This document shows, piece by piece, positions 58,523 through 64,000 of a stretch of 64,000 nucleotides of DNA. The first letter of the stretch is position 1. Each line of letters opens with the position of its first letter. The translations under genes were made by a program, and so were the position numbers. Source of the DNA: Acidobacteriota bacterium (GTDB lineage Bacteria > Acidobacteriota > UBA890 > WLXD01); contig CBDBHB010000006.1 of NCBI GenBank assembly GCA_965205505.1, forward strand, positions 32,001 through 96,000, read 5' to 3'. The notes below the pieces were generated by a model. It ran no database searches and had not been told where the DNA came from. It saw only the letters and a program-made list of their open reading frames with translations.

Positions 58523-59077
58523 ATGTTTGGCTTCCTCGGTTTTCTGGGGCTGTTGGCCGCTGTCGGCGCCTGGCTGGTCGGCGTCTACAACCGGTTGGTG
58601 CGGCTGAAAGTGCGCTGCCAGGACGCCTGGGCGGCGATCGATGTGCAGCTCAAGCGCCGCTACGACCTGATCCCCAACCTGATCGAGACGGTCAAGGGCT
58701 ACGCCAGCCACGAGCGTGAGACCTTCGAAGCCGTAGTCAAAGCTCGGCAGGCGGGAATGGACGCTGGCACCGTGCAAGAGCAGGCGCAGGCCGAGAACAT
58801 GATCAGCGGCGCGCTGCGAAAGCTGTTCGCGCTGTCGGAGGCCTACCCTGAGCTGAAAGCGAACCAGAACTTCGGTCAGCTGCAGGAAGAACTGTCGTCG
58901 ACCGAAAACAAGATCGCCTTCGCGCGCCAGCACTACAACGACAGCGTACGCCAGTACAACACGCGCATCGAGAGCTTCCCCGACAACTTCTTCGCGGGGA
59001 CGTTCGGTTTCCCACAACGCGACTTCTTCGAACTCGAGGAAGCGGAGCAGCGGGAGGCTCCGCAAGTCAAGTTCTGA
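58523..59077 (+). CDS. lemA: LemA family protein
   Basis: YNRLV, IDVQLKRRYDLIPNL, EAYPELKA, ENKIAFAR. Confidence 0.95.
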   Translation: MFGFLGFLGLLAAVGAWLVGVYNRLVRLKVRCQDAWAAIDVQLKRRYDLIPNLIETVKGYASHERETFEAVVKARQAGMDAGTVQEQAQAENMISGALRKLFALSEAYPELKANQNFGQLQEELSSTENKIAFARQHYNDSVRQYNTRIESFPDNFFAGTFGFPQRDFFELEEAEQREAPQVKF

Positions 59078-59105
59078 AGGCGGCTGAGTCAGGGGGCGGG
59101 CGGGG

Positions 59106-60032
59106 GTGACTTACCACGATCTGATCGCCCGGAACCGTCGCAACAGCGCGCTGCTGGTGATCGTGTTCGTGCTCTTCATCGGTCTGCTGGTGGGGGTTCT
59201 GGGCGCCGGTCTGGTCGACGCGGGTGGGAGCGAGGCGCTGGCGCTCGCCGCCGTTGCCAGCGGCGGCGCGGTGTTGGTGGCGACCTGGAGCTACTACGGC
59301 GGCGGTGCCGCGATTCTGGGAATGAGCGGCGCTCGCAAGGTCAGCCGCGACGAGGATTCGCAGCTCCACAACGTAGTCGACGAGCTCGCGATTGCCGCCG
59401 GAGTGCCGGTGCCGGCGGTCTATCTCATCGACGACTCGGCGCTAAATGCCTTCGCCACGGGGCGCGACCCGGAGCACGCGGCGGTGGCAATTACCACCGG
59501 GCTACGGCAGCGTCTGTCGCGCGACGAGTTACAGGCCGTGCTCGCGCACGAGCTATCTCACGTTCGTCATTTCGACATCCGCTTGGCAATGCTCTTGGCC
59601 ACTCTCGTCGGGACGGTCGTGCTGATCACCGATTTTTCGTGGCGCAGCATGCGCTATCGCGGTGTGTCCAGGAGCTCCTGCGGCGGCGGCTCGCGCGATG
59701 GCGGCGGCGGGGCGGTGTTGCTCATCCTGGCGATCCTACTGTCGCTGGCCGCACCGATGCTGGCGAGGCTCATTCAGCTGGGGGCATCGCGTGAGCGCGA
59801 ATACCTCGCCGATGCCGGCGCGGTCGAGCTGACGCGTAATCCCGATGCCATGATCGCCGCCCTACGCAAGCTCGGAGGTGACCGCGAGGTGCTCGAGGTG
59901 GCCAATCGAGCCACCGCACACCTGTATATTGTGCAGCCCATCAAGCGCTGGGAAAAACGGGCCAAGGGACTGTTTTCGACCCACCCACCGATCGAGGATC
60001 GAGTTCGCCGAATCGAGCAACTCGTAGTCTGA
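59106..60032 (+). CDS. htpX: HtpX-like M48 zinc metalloprotease
   Basis: NAFATG, AHELSH, SREREYLAD, STHPP. Confidence 0.9.
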   Translation: MTYHDLIARNRRNSALLVIVFVLFIGLLVGVLGAGLVDAGGSEALALAAVASGGAVLVATWSYYGGGAAILGMSGARKVSRDEDSQLHNVVDELAIAAGVPVPAVYLIDDSALNAFATGRDPEHAAVAITTGLRQRLSRDELQAVLAHELSHVRHFDIRLAMLLATLVGTVVLITDFSWRSMRYRGVSRSSCGGGSRDGGGGAVLLILAILLSLAAPMLARLIQLGASREREYLADAGAVELTRNPDAMIAALRKLGGDREVLEVANRATAHLYIVQPIKRWEKRAKGLFSTHPPIEDRVRRIEQLVV

Positions 60033-60083
60033 GTCGGGGCGTGGCTCCGGTGCCGTTGCGAGTCCGCGGGGTAGTGAACAGGC

Positions 60084-60740
60084 ATGAGCAGTAAGGCGCA
60101 GAAGCGGCAAGTCGCCGAGGCCGCGCTGGAGTTCGTTCGGCCTGGCGAGGTGCTTGGCGTCGGCAGCGGTTCGACCGTCAACTATTTCATTGCCGCGCTG
60201 TCTGCGGTCGCCGATCAGGTGCCGGCGGCGGTCTCCGCGTCGCAGGCGAGCTCGGAGCGGCTGCGGGCAATCGACGTCAAGGTGGTCGACTTCAACCAGG
60301 TAGAGCGTCTCGCGGTCTACGTCGACGGTGCCGATGAGTTCGATCCCGGTCTGTCGCTGATCAAGGGAGGTGGCGCGGCGCTGACCGCCGAGAAGATCCT
60401 TGCTTCGGTGGCGGAGATTTTTGTTTGCATCGTCGACGGAACCAAGCGCGTCAATGTGCTCGGCGAGTTCCCCGTTCCGCTCGAGGTGATTCCGATGGCC
60501 GTCGAGGCGGTATGTCGGCGGGTTCGTGAGCTCGGCGGTGACCCGTTGCCGCGGCCTGCGACGATCACCGATCATGGCAACCCGATTGTCGACGTTCGCG
60601 GGCTGCGCGTCACCGACCCGTTGGCGCTCGAGCTCGAGCTCGAGACAATTCCCGGAGTTGTTACTTGCGGCGTCTTCGCTCGGCGCGGAGCCGACATCGT
60701 GCTGATGGCATCCGCTCAGGGCTTGCAGCGGTTCGGCTAG
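60084..60740 (+). CDS. rpiA: Ribose-5-phosphate isomerase A
   Basis: GVGSGST, DGADE, IKGGGAAL..EK, PLEVIP. Confidence 0.95.
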   Translation: MSSKAQKRQVAEAALEFVRPGEVLGVGSGSTVNYFIAALSAVADQVPAAVSASQASSERLRAIDVKVVDFNQVERLAVYVDGADEFDPGLSLIKGGGAALTAEKILASVAEIFVCIVDGTKRVNVLGEFPVPLEVIPMAVEAVCRRVRELGGDPLPRPATITDHGNPIVDVRGLRVTDPLALELELETIPGVVTCGVFARRGADIVLMASAQGLQRFG

Positions 60741-60818
60741 CAGGCCGTGGTGAAAGTGTGGTGGCTCTGGGCCCGGCCTGCTAGAGGGATCGTCCTCTCG
60801 ACTCGCTAGCTGCGAAGC

Positions 60819-61376
60819 TCAAGTCGCAAGCTCCGCGGTGGCGGCTCGCAAGTATGCCTCGGTAGCGGACGGTCCGAAAAGCACCATCCTCACGACCTTG
60901 AGGCCGGAGTCTGGCAGTGCTTCGGCGAGCGTGCGCAGGGCGATCGGAGCGGCAAGCTCCAGTGGAAACCGGTACGCTCCGGTCGATAAGGAAGGGACCG
61001 CGATACTGTCGATTCCGAGCTCCGTCGCTCGCGCTATGCAGGCGCGGTAGGCGGCGGCGAGCAGTGCCGGTTCATCGTGTCTGCCGTCCTCCCAGATCGG
61101 ACCGACGGCGTGGATTACGTAACGCGCCGGTAGGTCGCCCGCGCCAGTTGCCACGGCGGTACCGGTGGGACAGCCGTCGATCTCGCGGCATTCGGCCATG
61201 ATCGACGGGCCCCCGGCGCGGTGGATCGCCCCGTCCACGCCGCCGCCGCCTCGCAGGCCGCTGTTGGCAGCGTTGACGATGGCGTCGACGCGTTGCTGCG
61301 TGATATCGCCTTCGACCAGTTCGAGTCGTGCCTCACCGACCAGGTAAGATTGCGCCGCTTCCGAATGTTCCTGCAT
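60819..61376 (-). CDS. Macro domain protein (O-acetyl-ADP-ribose deacetylase, YmdB-like)
   Basis: GDIT, AIVNAAN, GGGGVDGAIH, IHAVGP, STGAY. Confidence 0.92.
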   Translation of the reverse strand: MQEHSEAAQSYLVGEARLELVEGDITQQRVDAIVNAANSGLRGGGGVDGAIHRAGGPSIMAECREIDGCPTGTAVATGAGDLPARYVIHAVGPIWEDGRHDEPALLAAAYRACIARATELGIDSIAVPSLSTGAYRFPLELAAPIALRTLAEALPDSGLKVVRMVLFGPSATEAYLRAATAELAT

Positions 61377-61394
61377 CTGTTCTCCGGAGTTGCC

Positions 61395-62531
61395 ATGAAT
61401 CCTAGCCCACCCGCCACGGCGCGCCGCGCCGCGCGTGTCTTGTGCATCGCCGGCGTGTGGGGTCTGGGTTTGGTTGGCCCCACCGCGAGGCTCGGTGTGC
61501 CGCCAGAGCCCGCCGTGCACGCCGCGCCGCAGCGGGCTGCGCCCCGCGCTCATGTCCGGGTCGTCGCCACCGGGGGAACGATCGCCGGCCGGGGCGATCC
61601 CGGGAACGTCGCAGGGCACCGGTCCGGGGCGATCCCGATCGAGGAGCTGCTGGCCGCGGTCCCTGGATTAGACGCGGTTGCCGACGTCAGCTCCGAGCAG
61701 TTCAGCAACGTTGGCTCCACCTCGCTCGCGCCGGCCGACTGGCTGGCGCTAGCACAGCGACTCAACGCCATCTTGCTGGGCGGTGCCGACAATCGCGAGG
61801 TCGACGGCGTGGTGGTGACGCACGGGACAGACGCCCTCGAGGAGACGGCATACTTTCTCAACCTCACCGTTCGGACCCCCAAGCCGATCGTGCTCGTGGG
61901 GGCCATGCGCCCCGCGACCGCGACCTCGGCCGACGGTCCACTGAACCTGCTGAACGCCGTACAGGTGGCGGCGTACCCGGATTCTCGTGGTCGCGGTGTG
62001 CTCGTAGTGCTCAATCAAGAGATCAACGCGGCGCGCGATGCTACCAAGACGCATGCCAACCGCGTGCAGACATTTCAGTCGCGAAGCTGGGGTGCGATCG
62101 GCACCGTCGAGCCCGACGGACCGATCTTTCACCGTCGGGTCGAACGCCGGCACACCTTCCGGAGCGAGTTCGACGTGTCCGACAAGACCACCGACGATTT
62201 GCCACGTATTGATATCTCGTACACGTACAACGGTGCCGACGGCACCGATATCCGGGCGTTCGCGGCGGCCGGCTCTCGCGCTATCGTGCTGGCCGGCTCC
62301 GGCGCCGGGTCAACGACCCCAGGTCAGCAACAGGCGGCCTGCGAGGTGGCCGAGGCCGGCACCTTCATCGTCCGCTCCAGCCACACGGGCGCGGGCTGGG
62401 TCGGGCCCGGTGGCTGCGGCACGCTCGCGGGCCACGACCTGCTACCCCAGAAGGCCCGTGTTCTGTTGATGGTGGCGCTGATGCACACCGAAGACGCGGA
62501 CGAGCTGCGGCGAATCTTCGGCGAGTACTGA
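61395..62531 (+). CDS. L-asparaginase (type II-like, exported)
   Basis: Signal-like N-terminus; ATGGTIAG; THGTDALEET. Confidence 0.9.
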   Translation: MNPSPPATARRAARVLCIAGVWGLGLVGPTARLGVPPEPAVHAAPQRAAPRAHVRVVATGGTIAGRGDPGNVAGHRSGAIPIEELLAAVPGLDAVADVSSEQFSNVGSTSLAPADWLALAQRLNAILLGGADNREVDGVVVTHGTDALEETAYFLNLTVRTPKPIVLVGAMRPATATSADGPLNLLNAVQVAAYPDSRGRGVLVVLNQEINAARDATKTHANRVQTFQSRSWGAIGTVEPDGPIFHRRVERRHTFRSEFDVSDKTTDDLPRIDISYTYNGADGTDIRAFAAAGSRAIVLAGSGAGSTTPGQQQAACEVAEAGTFIVRSSHTGAGWVGPGGCGTLAGHDLLPQKARVLLMVALMHTEDADELRRIFGEY

Positions 62532-62537
62532 CGGCGA

Positions 62538-63401
62538 TCAGCTCAGCGGCACGACGCCCAGCACCCGTGTTGGCCCGCCGGTCCCGTCGGCGATCTTGAT
62601 CGGCAGCGCCAACAGCATCGCGCCGCTTTCCGGCAACGTGTCGAGATCGGTGAGGTTCTCGAGGTTGAAGATGTTTGCGGCCGCCAGGACACGGTGAGCA
62701 CGGAACGCGACATCGTTACCCGGATCGATGCTGGCGGTGTCGATGCCCACGCCCACGACGCTGCGATCGACGATCGCCTTTGCTGCCTCCGCCGAAACGC
62801 CGGGAAAATGCAGCGTCGTGGTGTCGAAGGCATCGTCACTGCCGTAGTAGCTGCTCCAGTTCGGCCAACGCTCTGACCAGCGGGTTCGCACCAGGAGGAT
62901 TGAGCCCTCCGGCATGGTTCCGTGGCGCGCCTCCCAGGCCGCCAGGTCGCTCGGCTGTAGGGTGGTGTCGATGTCCATCGCCGCGCGCTCGCTGATGTCC
63001 ACAACAACGGCAGGACCGAGGAAGCGATCGACGGGAATCTTCGCGCTCGTCCAGCCGGCGGCCGCGAAGTGGATGGGCGCATCCAGATGCGTGCCTAGAT
63101 GCTCGGGCGTAGAGAACCGAGCCATCGCGTACCAGTTTCCATCGGTGTCGAATTCCCACCCCTGCCGTTCGTGCTCGAACGGCTCGCCGTTGGGCCAGTA
63201 TAGGCTGTCGGGGCTCAGTGCGTGGGTCAGGTCGACGAGGTTCCAGCCGTCGTCGTCGCGCAGATCGAGCACCGAGGTGGCTTCGGGATCGCTAGCTGCA
63301 GGGTCGGCGCGGTCGGTGATCGCCATCATGGCGAGAGCGCCGGCTACGAGTCCGGCCAACGCCGCTATGACGACATATCGTGAGCTCGGGGCTGCTTGCA
63401 T
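62538..63401 (-). CDS. Cyclase / kynurenine formamidase family protein
   Basis: EHLGTHLDAPIHF, GIDTASID, ENL, GGPTRV. Confidence 0.9.
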   Translation of the reverse strand: MQAAPSSRYVVIAALAGLVAGALAMMAITDRADPAASDPEATSVLDLRDDDGWNLVDLTHALSPDSLYWPNGEPFEHERQGWEFDTDGNWYAMARFSTPEHLGTHLDAPIHFAAAGWTSAKIPVDRFLGPAVVVDISERAAMDIDTTLQPSDLAAWEARHGTMPEGSILLVRTRWSERWPNWSSYYGSDDAFDTTTLHFPGVSAEAAKAIVDRSVVGVGIDTASIDPGNDVAFRAHRVLAAANIFNLENLTDLDTLPESGAMLLALPIKIADGTGGPTRVLGVVPLS

Positions 63402-63513
63402 GCGGGCCTCCCAGGTTGGGTATTGCACCGCTCAGGCTACAGCGAACGGCGGCATGATGACGAATCATGCGCACGCCTCGCTCACGTCGCTCTCTTCTTC
63501 GCCGACAACGAGT

Positions 63514-63891
63514 CTACGTTTCCGGCAGGATCTCGATGGCGTCGGGCAGGTTGGGCACCATGCAGAGGAATTCGAACGGTTCCTCGATTACCTCGTACGA
63601 GTGGGGGACACCCGCCGGGATGTAGACAGCGTCGTCGGCCTTTACCTCGTGTACAGCGTTGCCGATGGTGATTCGCGCACGGCCCTTCAGCACGTACTGC
63701 TCGTGTTCGACGGCGTTCGTGTGCCGCGGCATGCCGCCGCCTGCGCCCATCACGAAGCGCCGCATGGCGAAGTTAGGGGCGCCGTGCTCGGTGCCGATCA
63801 ATACCTGGGTTCGAGTCGCGGTACCCGCCGGGACCTCGGTGAGCGCCACGTCGGTGCTGCGCCGCACCCTGCCAGTCTGCGGCTCAGCCAT
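63514..63891 (-). CDS. Cupin domain protein
   Basis: FAMRRF, PRHTNAVEHEQYVL, IPAGVPHSY. Confidence 0.88.
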   Translation of the reverse strand: MAEPQTGRVRRSTDVALTEVPAGTATRTQVLIGTEHGAPNFAMRRFVMGAGGGMPRHTNAVEHEQYVLKGRARITIGNAVHEVKADDAVYIPAGVPHSYEVIEEPFEFLCMVPNLPDAIEILPET

Positions 63892-64000
63892 CGCTTTCTC
63901 TTGCCACGATGCCCACCGGGGCCTGGCGGATGTATAGGTCACGCTTGGGGTAGGGGATCTCGATGCCCGCAGCATTGAATCGCAGCTTTATCTGCTCGGT

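Overview
High-GC bacterial window with several sigma-54 activators and outer-membrane and secretin genes, so a diderm. The gene content is reminiscent of Acidobacteriota or a deltaproteobacteria-like lineage, but that is inference only. The first ~25.6 kb is one unusual type IV filament locus. A PilR/NtrC-like sigma-54 activator is followed by a TGT-N10-ACA palindrome, an IHF-like site and a consensus -24/-12 promoter. Next come five tiny excisionase/BldC-like HTH genes interleaved with a tandem array of large GspG-like pilin paralogues: six intact, one with an in-frame amber stop, and two degraded remnants. Then follow a GldAFG/PilHI-like ABC transporter and an MSHA-like assembly operon (PilB, PilC, another pilin, PilM-PilN fusion, PilO, MshK/PilP-like, lipoprotein secretin, ExeA/MshM-SPOR, MshN/GspB-TPR, lytic transglycosylase). 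No PilT, prepilin peptidase or integrase is seen in the window. An IS630-like MITE sits in the transglycosylase stop codon. The rest of the window holds a type III PKS/methyltransferase/FAD-oxidoreductase cluster, csoR-copA with its operator, and a GAF-sigma-54 activator followed by a sigma-54 promoter and an unannotated structured, GGA-rich small RNA candidate. Housekeeping genes follow: pyk, a yhaON-like pair, a Mo-oxidoreductase, OFOR alpha/beta, ilvBNC with an attenuator, lemA-htpX, rpiA, a macro domain protein, asparaginase, a cyclase and a cupin. Protein calls come from motif recognition; no database search was run.
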